A DNA stretch of 64,000 nucleotides from Phoronis australis (Eukaryota > Animalia > Phoronida): NCBI GenBank assembly GCA_002633005.1, contig NMRA01000518.1, positions 1 through 64,000 on the forward strand, given 5' to 3'. The position numbers and the translations under genes are program-made. Below are positions 52,758 through 64,000 of this stretch, piece after piece (positions within the stretch are counted from its first letter, which is position 1; the number at the start of each line of letters is the position of its first letter). The notes under the pieces were generated by a model that did no database searches, was not told the origin of the DNA, and was given only the letters and a program-made list of their open reading frames with translations.

Positions 52758-53931
52758 GTATGCCAACATGAGAGATATCATGCTTGAACTAGTTGTAGTG
52801 TGTAAATCTGCCGAGACAAATTTAGAGGGAGGGGCAGGTAGCCCAGGCTGCACCTACGGATGTGGCCACAGAAAGAATTATGCCAATTGTAGTCTCTGCA
52901 TAGGCTTCTTTTGAAAAATGTGGCTCCCTGTTTTGATTAGATGAGAAAAATTTTTAAGCTGTTTTGAAAACTCGAGAAAAGTTTCTGTAAATTGCTGGCT
53001 AATAATAATCCAGCAGTTTTTGATATAGCCCATTTCATTAGGGTCTTGGAGAATAAAGTCGTTCAATTGTTTTATTTTAGGACAGACAAAATGGTCAATG
53101 TTATTATCAGTATGTAGATACTGCAATTAGAAACATTAAAGAAATTTTTAGTGTAGTTGTAAATAAGACAGAATAGACAACAACACTTGTGGAGTAACAA
53201 AAATTCACATTGAAGAAAGAAACCTACAAAAAAAATTTCAAAGCAGTGAATTTATCTTAGAAATTTAACAGATTTACTGGTGAGGACATTTATAGGCTTG
53301 TTTGATATGCTTTGTTTATTTCTTGTGTCAGCTGTCACGACAGGGAATGTCATTGAAAGGTCGTTTATCGCTGGAGCTCACTTTAGCAATATCGCGGTAA
53401 CCAAAGATATAAGATGATAAGTTGAACATGTTGTGAAAGTATTATTTACAAAGTACTGAGCAAAAGTTTTGTTCAAAAATGCAATATTCACATTTACTCA
53501 CCTTTACTTTTCATTGCCACCCCATGACATTTCTTTTAAACACGCAATGTACTTGCCGAGTTGTTAAGGACGTCTTCAAAAAATTATATGGACGGAAATA
53601 ATACAAGTTCAAACTTGAAGTCAGTCGCTTTTTAGATTTTTAGAAATCCATATAAAAATAACTATTTTCACGTAAATGATGGCTACATAATCATAAATTA
53701 TTCTGTGAGATTTTAAGGCTTGAAAGATTTTTCAAGTCACCGAAGAATCAGAAAATACATTGGTCAAAAGGTGTTGCATACTTTGTTACACAACTTTATT
53801 ACTTCCATGGTTACAAAAAAGAACGGAAGGTTCAAAAATAAATTGTAATTTTCATCTAGCAACACCTCTCTTCTATATCAAGAAATAACTATTCATCCAC
53901 ACTGCGAATATTTATACGTATTTCACACCAG

Positions 53932-54145
53932 GTGGCATGTTGATGAATGGGAGGCATGCTCCAAGAGTTGCGGTGGTGGATTTCAATATCGTCTTGTCTA
54001 CTGTGAACATTCTGAAGATGGGTCACAACCTCTGGTTGTCGACGACAGTGAATGCATCACTGCTGCTGGAGAACGTCCAGACATAGTTAAGGAGTGCAAC
54101 CAAGATATCTCTTGCCCCAAGTGGATTACTGGACCTTGGAGCTCG
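53932..54145 (+). CDS. PAPLN: Papilin-like exon: TSP1 repeat 3
   Basis: WHVDEWEACSKSCGGGFQYRLVYC...CPKWITGPWSS; phase 2 to 0. Confidence 0.95.
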
Positions 54146-54465
54146 GTAATAAACTTAAATTTTGTATTAATTTTAAAGTCTTAACGCTCATTTCTACTTA
54201 AAAATGCTATTTTTGCGTGAGTGTGAGAAAAATCACTACGGTTATGTTATGAATATTATATAATAGTTTTATTGTGTTAAAATTTTGCCATGATTTTAAA
54301 GTTTCAGTGCTCATTTCAACTTACAAATATATGTCAACTTGTCAATTTGCTGTCAATTTGTTACAATAAATATTTGAAAAAAAATTAAAATATTATTTTT
54401 GCATTAACATCTGAGAAAAATCAATTGGTGATAAGGTTGTGTATTGCCTTAATTTTGCATTGTAG

Positions 54466-54657
54466 TGTGATGCCCCCTGCGGGCCTGGTAAGCAGACAAG
54501 ACGTGTCGTCTGCCAAGCACAGCATGGCATTCCTAATGCTGTCAGCAACCTTCTGCCTGACTCCTGGTGTGATGCTACAACCAAGCCTGATGTTTCGCAG
54601 GCCTGTAATGAAGAACCGTGTGAGGGAGCGGAATGGCTCGTCTCTGATTGGTCAGGG
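54466..54657 (+). CDS. PAPLN: Papilin-like exon: TSP1 repeat 4
   Basis: CDAPCGPGKQTRRVVC...CNEEPCEGAEWLVSDWSG; phase 0 to 0. Confidence 0.95.
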
Positions 54658-55138
54658 GTGAGTACATGGAAATTCTTGATGAAGATGATAGTGGCTAATG
54701 TGGTTTTTTCTTATAATCTTTGTTTTATTTCAAAGAAATACAAATCCAAGGATTCTCTCTCAAGTAATGTTAGACTTATGCCTCGATAAACATGTTTGAG
54801 GAAATGCCTACTAAAAAGACTTCATTCATTAAGTATTTTTTTTGGAATATACTTCTGTCAAAAACGAGCATGTTCCAGAATCAAGCAGCAGACTAGAGCT
54901 TCATTGTTACCTATTAAGGTATATCTCTGACTCTGAGATGTTCTAAAGCAATTATCTATGTACTGTTTGCATGTGATATATCTTTGCATGCATGAGTCTT
55001 GCCAATTCGAAAACAGATTGGGGGTGGAACATTAACTGGAGGTTTGAATTCTGTCTGTATGAGTCAAATCATAAGTTCCATGCTTTAGACTATGCGTAAA
55101 ACTTAATGATATCATTGCAAGTTTATCTGCCATTGTAG

Positions 55139-55312
55139 TGTACCGGCATCTGTGGCACTGGCATCTCATCTCGGCGTGTGGTGTGCTCTGGTAAAACAGG
55201 CACTATATTCAGTGATGAACACTGCAATCTTGGCAGGAAACCCCAGGCCACACAGCCCTGCGAATTAAAGGACCAGTGTCGCCCCCTATGGCACATCTCC
55301 GAGTGGTCTCCC
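55139..55312 (+). CDS. PAPLN: Papilin-like exon: TSP1 repeat 5
   Basis: CTGICGTGISSRRVVC...WHISEWSP; phase 0 to 0. Confidence 0.95.
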
Positions 55313-55764
55313 GTGAGTGCTTCACACCATTCAGGCATATCTGTTTTAATGAGGAAATGTTAACAAAGAAGTATTTAGGCAATTTGTGAAACTCTTAATT
55401 TTGCTTTTAAATACTAGTACTTCTCCACCTTTAAAAACTGTTCGAAGTTGTGGAAGTTAATTATGCGGTTTTTAATATAGCAACTTTTTGCTCCTTGTTG
55501 TACATGATAAAACCCTTGATTACATGGGTAACTAGTTTGTCTGCTGCAAACTTGAATTATTGTGGTCATCAATTTGTATCTTGACTATGTTGCTGCGGTG
55601 GATGGGTTTGGTGTTAGGCCAATGTATTAAGGTATTATTGATGTACAAGGTACATTAATGTTTTTCAGTGGGCAAAGATATATATGTAGTCGAAACCATT
55701 TATTGGTGAAAATTGATGGTAGGCAGTATTAGTATTCTAACATTGAGTGTTAACTATCTACTAG

Positions 55765-55959
55765 TGCTCTAAAAAGTGTGGGAAAGGTGTGCAGACAAGG
55801 AACATTATCTGTGCTTTGTACAATCCCGAGACAAATGAGTACAGCAAGGTGGATGATGCCAAGTGTGGGGCTCAAGAAAAAGAAGCTATACAACTACAAA
55901 GAGAGTGTAAACGTGTTCCTTGTGAGCATGCCCTGTGGTTCTTTGGACCTTGGAACAAG
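55765..55959 (+). CDS. PAPLN: Papilin-like exon: TSP1 repeat 6
   Basis: CSKKCGKGVQTRNIIC...WFFGPWNK; phase 0 to 0. Confidence 0.95.
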
Positions 55960-57295
55960 GTGAGTACACACTTTAAAATACAACCCAACACTGAGGCCAT
56001 CTCACATACAATACACGCCAAAAGTACTCAGACAAAATTACCTGGAAATTCCTATCCTGACGGCTGGGTGGAAGCTGAAGTCATTACTGAAGTAGTCTCC
56101 CCTGATGACTAAGAATGAAGGGGAATTAACAGGAAAGCTCGTAATTGGCTAAATCATCTGTAATTAGAATTTTGTTTCCATGGTATTCATTACCTGTTAT
56201 TTTTTGCTGTTATCAGGATTGAATGTCACGACGGGGAAATGGTATTTTGTCTGTCGTGTGCTGTAAATAAGCATGGAGGTGTTAACCTTACTAAAAAGTT
56301 ATTGTAACTTAGTACTTAAAAATGTCTGAGTGGAATCTCATCATTTATGAGATCTTAGTCTACACCAACCTCCGGCCTGTTTGTGCTAGCATAGCATTTT
56401 AGTCACTCATTTTTCTGGCACCTCTTTAGTGCCATTTACACCAACCTCTAGTCTATACTGAGACGACGATTCGTGCGATTATTTCCCAAGCCAGTTATTG
56501 AAAGAAATCTTTTATATTAAATAAATCCACCTTCTGTTGAAGCTGTAAGCTGATATAGAGACTGACAATAGCAGGAGGTTCAAAGTATTGTTGATAGACT
56601 TTTGGTATTTGGTGATGGGCCCAGCAGAGCGGCCTGCACTAGTCAGATGGAACATGTATGATACGACCTGCACTGTTTTTTGATTAAGTAACGAATATTT
56701 TGTTAGGACTTACCTACTTACCTACGGGAGTACTTTTTCCCTCCAGAAATTGTCATGATGTTGCAAACTTATTTAACTGTATCTGCTGTTATGAGTCATA
56801 GGGATATCACATCTCAAGTGTGCCTAATGAGATGAAGTTCTCCTCTATATAAACTCTTTGATTGATTAAACATTACTTGTCTTCTGAAAGTTCCTTCAAA
56901 TGAGTATTCGTAGCATTTGGTGAAGCTTTGAATCCCTTGGTTATAATTTATAGCTTTCCTTGTACCAGCAATACACAGAAACCCAAGAAAACATGATTTA
57001 ATTCCCCAAACTTCGTCTCGTAAATGATTCGTGACTTAGCTTTTATTGCCATTTTCCTTATCTGAGAGAACAAAGAACAAAATGCCAAAGCATTGAACAG
57101 GAGTCTGAAGAGAACACCATGTAAGGATTCTGGTGGAGATGTAGTTGGATGTAAGTCAGTAACAGTTAAAGTTCATTACATTTGGCAATAGATGGCATTG
57201 GTGTGCTTAGAGTGATATTTCAAGACATAATACAGTTACCAAATTGTATTGCCGAGACTGTTATTCAGTCTAATAATTTATTAATTGGTCCACAG

Positions 57296-57443
57296 TGTTC
57301 TGTGGAGTGTGGTGGTGGATTCAGGAACAGGCTGGTGCTCTGTTTCTCCTCGGGTCAACAAAAGGTTGTGCGGCCAGGACTGTGTGATGGCACACGAAGA
57401 CCGGACAGTCGGGAGTCTTGTAACTCAGAACCATGCGATGAAG
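57296..57443 (+). CDS. PAPLN: Papilin-like exon: TSP1 repeat 7
   Basis: CSVECGGGFRNRLVLC...ESCNSEPCDE. Donor is GTGGGT at 57444 or the in-phase GTAAAG at 57459. Confidence 0.9.
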
Positions 57444-58036
57444 GTGGGTTAGACCTGGGTAAAGCTGTATATATTCTAGAGATCTTGTCAGAACTAATTT
57501 AACTTAATGTGCAGTTGTGATTGCAGAAATCAATGCAAATGAGTATGCACAGTTTTGCTGCGTAAATGTTTGATTTACCACCACCCATTTTTGTGTTCTT
57601 GTCTTGCTTCTGTTATCATTGAAGGTGGGCACCAGTATATGCCAGTAATTGTGGACCATGTGGTGAATGTAGGTTGGACCTGAAATAATGTTATACTTAA
57701 CAGAACTGTGTTGTAGTTTTTGCAAATGAAGTCCCATAGTATAAATTTCTGATTTGTCACCACCAACTTGTTTTGCTGTCTTAGCTAGTCACTAGTGTAT
57801 GCGGACGTTTGTTTAAATGCCACAAATGGATTCAACAACTACCGACTGTCACCTGTTAAAAGCACTTATTTTTAGTCCCAGAGAAAACTTATCACTTAAT
57901 ATTTACACTCTCAAATCTACAAGAAGTTTAACCCTGTTTCACATGTGGCGAATAAGCAATGGGCATTAGTTGAAGATTTTTTGAGACCTCGCAGTAACCA
58001 TTAGTGACAGCTGTAACAAACACTTGTTACTTCCAG

Positions 58037-58245
58037 ACGACTTGCTTCCTGTCACCAACTGCGAGAAGACACTTCATGGTTGCTGTGCTGATGGACAGAC
58101 TCCAGCCACTAGCAAGAATGACAAGTGTCTGAAGGACAGGATACCTACAGGGAGCTGTATCACGTCGCGCTATGGCTGCTGCCTCGATGGAAAGACTCCT
58201 GCAAAGGGCACGTTCAACCAAGGCTGTCCCAAATTCACCTGCAAT
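58037..58245 (+). CDS. PAPLN: Papilin-like exon: lagrin-type Cys-rich repeats 1-2
   Basis: CEKTLHGCCADGQTPA and CITSRYGCCLDGKTPAKG..GC; phase 1 to 0. Confidence 0.93.
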
Positions 58246-58833
58246 GTGAGTAATGTCAATTCTTGATGTTTTTTGACTGACCAGAGGGTAACTCAAAGGG
58301 TTCTTGGCATGAAGTGACAGTTGACTCTTAAACAAGCGTGTCTTCGCCACCACTGAAATTTCCGGAAAATACTCAGTTATTGAATTTAGATGACATTGTC
58401 TATCTGTTACTCTATTACTCCTGGATGTTGGTGTGTGTAGTAGGTTCTGGAAGGCTCTACATTGCCTAGTAGTTGCTTTGGATAAATGATCGTTGTATTG
58501 CCTTAAAACACCTGTCTGTCACAACTGTGTGTATTGAATTGAGGTTGTTTATTTTATTCTTGGCAGATAAGTTCAGATACTGTGGTCTTTGTATTTCTTT
58601 ATCACCTCTAACTCTTGGTATTATGTTATAGTTTCTGCTAGTTAAATCCTTTGCCTTGCAGTTGAGTTCAGATATGGCGATTCATTCATTTTCTCATCTT
58701 CACTGAATGTTCTTGTTATCAATTTGCCAACTGTGTTTAAGAACCAGCTGCATATGGTCTCACTTTTTTGGTAGGCAATTGCTGTTAGTGGACTGCTTCT
58801 AAGGTCTATAAATTAATTGATTTTACCTCGCAG

Positions 58834-59068
58834 TCTACTGAATTTGGATGCTGCCGTGACAAGAAAACCCCTCGCATTACTGACAGTGAGGATGGCTGTC
58901 CAAAGGTTTTGACTTGTGAAGACACTGCATTTGGCTGCTGTGATGACAAAGTCACATTTGCTAATGGACCGGGCAAGGAAGGTTGTCAAGAGGTCAAACA
59001 ACCACAGGTTGTCAAGTGCAAGGACACAGAGTTTGGCTGCTGTAGTGATGGAAAAACAGCTGCAACAG
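58834..59068 (+). CDS. PAPLN: Papilin-like exon: lagrin-type repeats 3-5
   Basis: STEFGCCRDKKT, CEDTAFGCCDDKVT and CKDTEFGCCSDGKTAAT; phase 0 to 1. Confidence 0.93.
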
Positions 59069-59860
59069 GTTAGGGATACTTTATCAGAAAAAGATACGAA
59101 TGTTAAGACAGAAATATTCACCGTTATACACCTTCTGTGTTCATCTTCAGCACTGATGAGAAAGGTAGCAATTTTAAAGTCCTTGTGCATTGGCTTTCAG
59201 TGCATTAATTTGCTTTTGGAGAACCGTTGTTTTACCCTCTTAAATTCACAGCACGAATATGCACATTCCTGTCTCGATGAATATTCATTCCTGTTATCCA
59301 TTGGAAAGTGAAAATGAACAAGAGGTATGCTTGCTCCAAAAGGAATATATTCATCCATTTTGTTTACATGGCTGATCTAGAAAGAAGTCTGTAATTTTAC
59401 CTAGTCAATTATTTATTTTGATACAAATTATGCATACGCTTATTTTATAAAATGAAAAAAAGTTTGCCTACTGCTAACAGAGATTCTCATCTTAGCGAAA
59501 GGGTGAGACGGGGAAATGTTTCAGGAGGATGAATATTGGATGAATATTGGATGAATATATTCAAATGATTGCTCAGTACTGGTGAGGTTTTAAATGCCCT
59601 GGAGTCTTTACCTTTGATTGGCTGCTTTAGGGATACAATTATAGCAAACATGAACATCAACAAATTAGTATTGTTTTATGGAAACTGCATAGGAATAAAC
59701 TATGGACATTGCATACTGATTGTACTATTAAACATTCACAGCATATTAAAACTTATGTTTGGAGTATTTGTAAAAATTAGTAGTCTGAAGTTTAGGAGTA
59801 TTTCTGCTATGTTATTTTTTCTATCATTGTCTTCTTGTAACATTGTTGTTTGCTGACTAG

Positions 59861-59974
59861 GACCAGCAATGGAAGGATGCACAGATGTAGAAGGTTCAGG
59901 AATACCATGTGAAGACACCAAGTTTAAATGTTGTCCTGATGGTGTTACTGCTGCACACGGTCCCAATGAAGAAG
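59861..59974 (+). CDS. PAPLN: Papilin-like exon: lagrin-type repeat 6 with DVEGSG motif
   Basis: GPAMEGCTDVEGSGIPCEDTKFKCCPDGVTAAHGPNEE; phase 1 to 1. Confidence 0.93.
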
Positions 59975-61286
59975 GTATGTTACAGACTGATCATTTGGGG
60001 TTCACTTGTTCTTCTTTAGGTCTGACTTGAAAGCCAGACAAAATATTTTTCCTTGCTCTTCATTAAGTTAGTATTAGATTCCGTGATTGTTGACAATTAA
60101 ACACAAGTAAGTTTGCCAATAATTAGATTTTTTTAAATTATGTTCAAAATTGCCAGTATACTTTTATATTGATTCTTATCTTCAGCCTTAAAAGGGTTCC
60201 AAACCTGGTTTTGGCCTAATAACAGATACTAAAAACAACTTTTCTATCCAGTTCTCTGAAACAAAATAATGCTCTGTAACTTTCGACTCTAGAAGAAAAT
60301 TTGAAAACTCATTTGAAAATTTGTTATGGCAGGCGTGACCTAAGCTTATAGCGAATTACATGGAAGCTGTGGGAAAATACTTTCCTCCAAGGACAATAAT
60401 GTGCAATCTGTGACCGAGGGAGTAGAAGTTTTTTGATGATTCTTTAAGTTGGAAGATCGATGCCAATGATGCATTAGCAGGTGACAGAACGAGGATTGGT
60501 TGAAATCATCAAAACATGGTTTAGTACCCTTTTAATCAAAATGATGACCTTGTGATGGACTGTAACGAACAATGTCAGTGAACAGAACTTCACATCAAAA
60601 GCGCCTGTCCTTTAAAATGCCATTAATCCATGTTTCGTGTCAAAAACCAAGTTTTGATTTAGGCCACATACCGTTGTAAAATTGATTTTATCGTATTTCT
60701 TTCTTAGTTTAGAGGCGATGTGACTGGGCTTGGAAAGAACAGTTTGTTACTTCATCACGCTAATCTTATAAACTTTCCAATCAAGACGTGACCTGAAATT
60801 TTATGGGCTCGGTCTCAAAGAGTTGTGAACTCTCAGTTCTTTCGGAGCTCTGAAATCACCTCCGATATGGCTAATGCAAAATTTAGAGACCAATTTCATG
60901 GTGGCAAGTAAATAATAATAAATAATGATTAACTTTATTTCAAATACAAATGTCTCCACAAGATATCAGTAAGTGGTAAGTGGTCTAAATCAAGTTGTTT
61001 TTGTGATGGAAGGCGAGTTTGCAGCCACTTTAAGTGACTAGGTTTGTGAAACATAAAACCAAAAATTGCAACCGTTATACTTGGATATTAAAGTCTAATG
61101 GTAGTATTCAAGACACCCTCAGTTTGGAAGTCTGAGCTTAGCTATTTTTTTCAGTGCTGATAATGGGAGAGTGGTGGAACAGTAATCAGATGTGTAGTTG
61201 TTGATTTTGATCGTAAATGATCTACATGCTATTGTAAGTTATGAGCAAGCCTGGACTTTTAAAGCTTTTGATTTCTTGTTTTGTAG

Positions 61287-64000
61287 GTTGCAATATTATA
61301 ATCGAAACTCCAGGGAAAATGCCCACAGTGAAGACCAACAAAGAATTAACGACGCCTACTGCTGTAGGTGCTATTGATGAGGTTACAACAGGTGCTTCCT
61401 CTGTTATCCCAACCGAAGAACATACCTTGTCCACTGCTCCTGGTAACGTTTCTTTTCTGTCAATACCCGCTGTTGTTTTGTCTGATAGTGTGTTACACTC
61501 CAGTGTTGATGTTCGTGATAAACCTTCTGTTAGTGTTGAGCCAGTGTCCGAGTCAAACTCTGTTGTGTCTAGTGCTTCGTCTAAACAAGCTCATTCTAAT
61601 GCAGTGTACATTCAAAGCAATATGCCACAGATTGATGAAAGTGCTCGTGTGGGCAATGCTAATGATTTGCAAAGTAGCAAGACGAGCAATGACACTAAAA
61701 GGAAAAATAGTTCATTATTTGTCAACTTTAATGTTGATATGAAAACCGCAGCTAACATTACACACTTATCAGCTTCTTCTGAAGGTGATGTACGTAGCAG
61801 ACGAAAGAAACGGTCATTGAATGGACAAAACGTGGTTGCATCTAGCCAAAATCTCTCAGAACTTGAAAGGTTTCTGCAGCTTCTAACTAATTTCAAAGCA
61901 ACTCACTTGTTGTCTAAACTGTGTGGTGTGTCTATAACTACTCGTGTAAATGTCTCCACTGAATATGAAATGAACTTTGATGAAGGACCATCAAAGTCAG
62001 TGTCGAGTTCGAGCTCTGCTAAATCCAATACTTACATTGATTTGAGATCTTTCCGTAATCAAGACACATCTAAGACTTTACCATGTATTAAAAGGGGGAC
62101 CTCAGTTGAGAAAGAGTTGCCAAAAACAACTTCGAAAAGAAAACCCAATGAAACAACCATTGTACCTATGCCTTCTACCCAACTGTCAGTCACATCTGAA
62201 AAGCCAGGTAGCACGGTTTCCAAGTCATATAAAGAGACTGATCTGTTAACAACTGTTTCTAGTGATATTATGCACACCAATCATACTGCACACGTGCCTG
62301 ATACCACTGCACATGACACTAGGACTACTGCACAAATGCCTGATACCACTGCACATGACACTGGGACTACTTCACATGTGCCTGATACCACTACACATGA
62401 CACTGGGACTACTTCACATGTGCCTGATACCACTACACATGACACTGGGACTACTTCACATGTGCCTGATACCACTGCACATGACACTGAGACTACTTCA
62501 CACATGCCTGATACCACTACACATGACACTGGGACTACTTCACATGTGCCTGATACCACTACACATGACACTGGGACTACTTCACANCGTCGGGTGTACC
62601 ACATGACACAATGTCTACGACATCAGTCGTAATGACCACAGTGAGCTCGCAAAGCTCAAAGTTAACAACTTCTCAGGCAGATGGTATTATGTCTACCAAA
62701 TTAATGGACTTGCCCACTACAATTGACTCATTGGAAGTTGATGGCAGTGGGGATGTAGATGTGACAGGCGATGTAGTGAGTACAACAACAACTGATGGGG
62801 TTGAACTTACTACTGATGATTCAACATTAGACAATGTCACTGCTACCACAGTACCGATAACTTCAGGCGATACTGCAACTTTGAAGACTACTGGTGAGTC
62901 AGATAGTTCTACAGATTCACCTGCCACAACTCTCGATGGGAAACTGTCTGTAACAACAGCATCATTTTCTGAGGACTCATCTGTTAGTTCTACAATGCAA
63001 ACGGATCTGCCAGTTAGATCATCAACACCAGTGAAAGATAGTACTACTTCCTCAGACATGAAACTAACGACAGCCAAACAAGTTTCAGATGATTCTAAAT
63101 TGGATAATCTGATTGTTGTTACAACAGTTAAGCCTCTAAGTGAAGTCTCCACTTTGGCAACAGAAGACCTTGCTGTCACTACAAAATTGTTTTCCACAAC
63201 TTCTGATGCTGTAACTGACAAAAGTGTAACGACCTCAGATATGGGAAACACCACCATGAAACCTAGTTCTAGCAGCGAATCGGCACTGCCTGATGTGACT
63301 ACTAACAATGTTCCCGCGTCAAAGGAACTACCCACTGGTGTCTCTAGGACAGCTACAGTTATTACACAAACTAAAACACCATATTTGTCTACTGTTGCAA
63401 CAGATGATTCAGTTTCTACACCAGGTGTTGAGACAACGGGGGTAACACGTGACAAGATGACTACAAAGTCAGATGTAAAGACCTCAGTGAGCTCGCAAAG
63501 CGCAAAAACAACTCAGCCACATGACACGTCTACCAAATCAATAGACTTGTCCACTGCAACATTAGACAAACTTACTGATACCGCAACACCAACAACTTCC
63601 GAGTCGACTGTTGATTTACAAGCTTCTACTGACTCATCTACCACAACTCCTCATCAAAATATATCTGGAACTACAGGCTCATTTTCTCAGGCATCTTCTG
63701 TTGCTTCGGATGTGCAAACGGATTTGCCTGTGATGTCATCAACAGCTATTAGGGACACTGTTACTCCCTCAGACATGACACAAACTACATCCAAACAATT
63801 AACTGAAGATGTTAAATCAGACAATCTTATCGCTGCTACTACAGCCAAATCATTAAGTGAATTGTCTACTTTAGCAAAAGAAGATATTGTTGCCACTACG
63901 AAATCTTTTGACACAATTTCTGATTCTGTAACCGACAAAAATGCAACAAAGTTAGGTATTGGAACCACCACTNCAAAATCTTTTGACACAACTTCTGATT
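61287..64000 (+). CDS. PAPLN: Papilin-like giant Ser/Thr-rich (mucin/proteoglycan) exon, incomplete at window end
   Basis: TTTTGTAG acceptor supplies the closing GC of lagrin repeat 6. The frame is open 61287-62586 and, after a frame change at the N at 62587, open again to 64000 (checked codon by codon from 62641). Confidence 0.8.
62287..62586 (+). repeat. 42-bp coding minisatellite (HVPDTTTHDTGTTS) x~7, truncated at an N
   Basis: Repeated CACATGTGCCTGATACCACTRCACATGACACTGGGACTACTT. Confidence 0.95.

Noticed and set aside
35788-57443. ADAMTS protease call
   Set aside because: No prodomain or HExxHxxGxxH catalytic exon; TSP1 follows the signal peptide directly, and the lagrin repeats point to papilin.
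62673-63989. 260-aa and 100-aa minus-strand Val/Ser-rich ORFs
   Set aside because: Mirror frames of the Thr/Ser-rich papilin exon.

Overview
Eukaryotic (metazoan, probably an invertebrate deuterostome; the taxon is an inference) AT-rich, intron-rich draft-assembly window, so most six-frame ORFs are spurious. The main feature is the 5' part of a papilin/lacunin-like extracellular-matrix gene on the + strand, which I spliced by hand with consistent GT-AG sites and intron phases: signal peptide, TSP1, ADAMTS Cys-rich, ADAMTS spacer, six more TSP1 repeats, six lagrin-type Cys-rich repeats, then a very long Ser/Thr-rich exon with a furin-type site and internal repeats that runs off the window. A probable first exon lies about 27 kb upstream (~4.96 kb). 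Nested antisense in the intron at 41206-49094 is a second multi-exon gene for a predicted type-I membrane protein (divergent SUEL-type lectin, mucin stalk, TM helix, Tyr-motif tail); it may be partly decayed and one of its introns holds a THAP relic. Mobile DNA includes a decayed THAP/Kolobok-like element that appears to be built from two copies of one end, two Helentron/DINE-1-like elements with ~149-bp repeats carrying CTCF-like motifs, several MITEs with TIRs and TSDs, and a possible P2X7-C-terminal/KolX-like relic. I recognised no tRNA, rRNA or CRISPR arrays. All family assignments come from motif recognition, not database searches.
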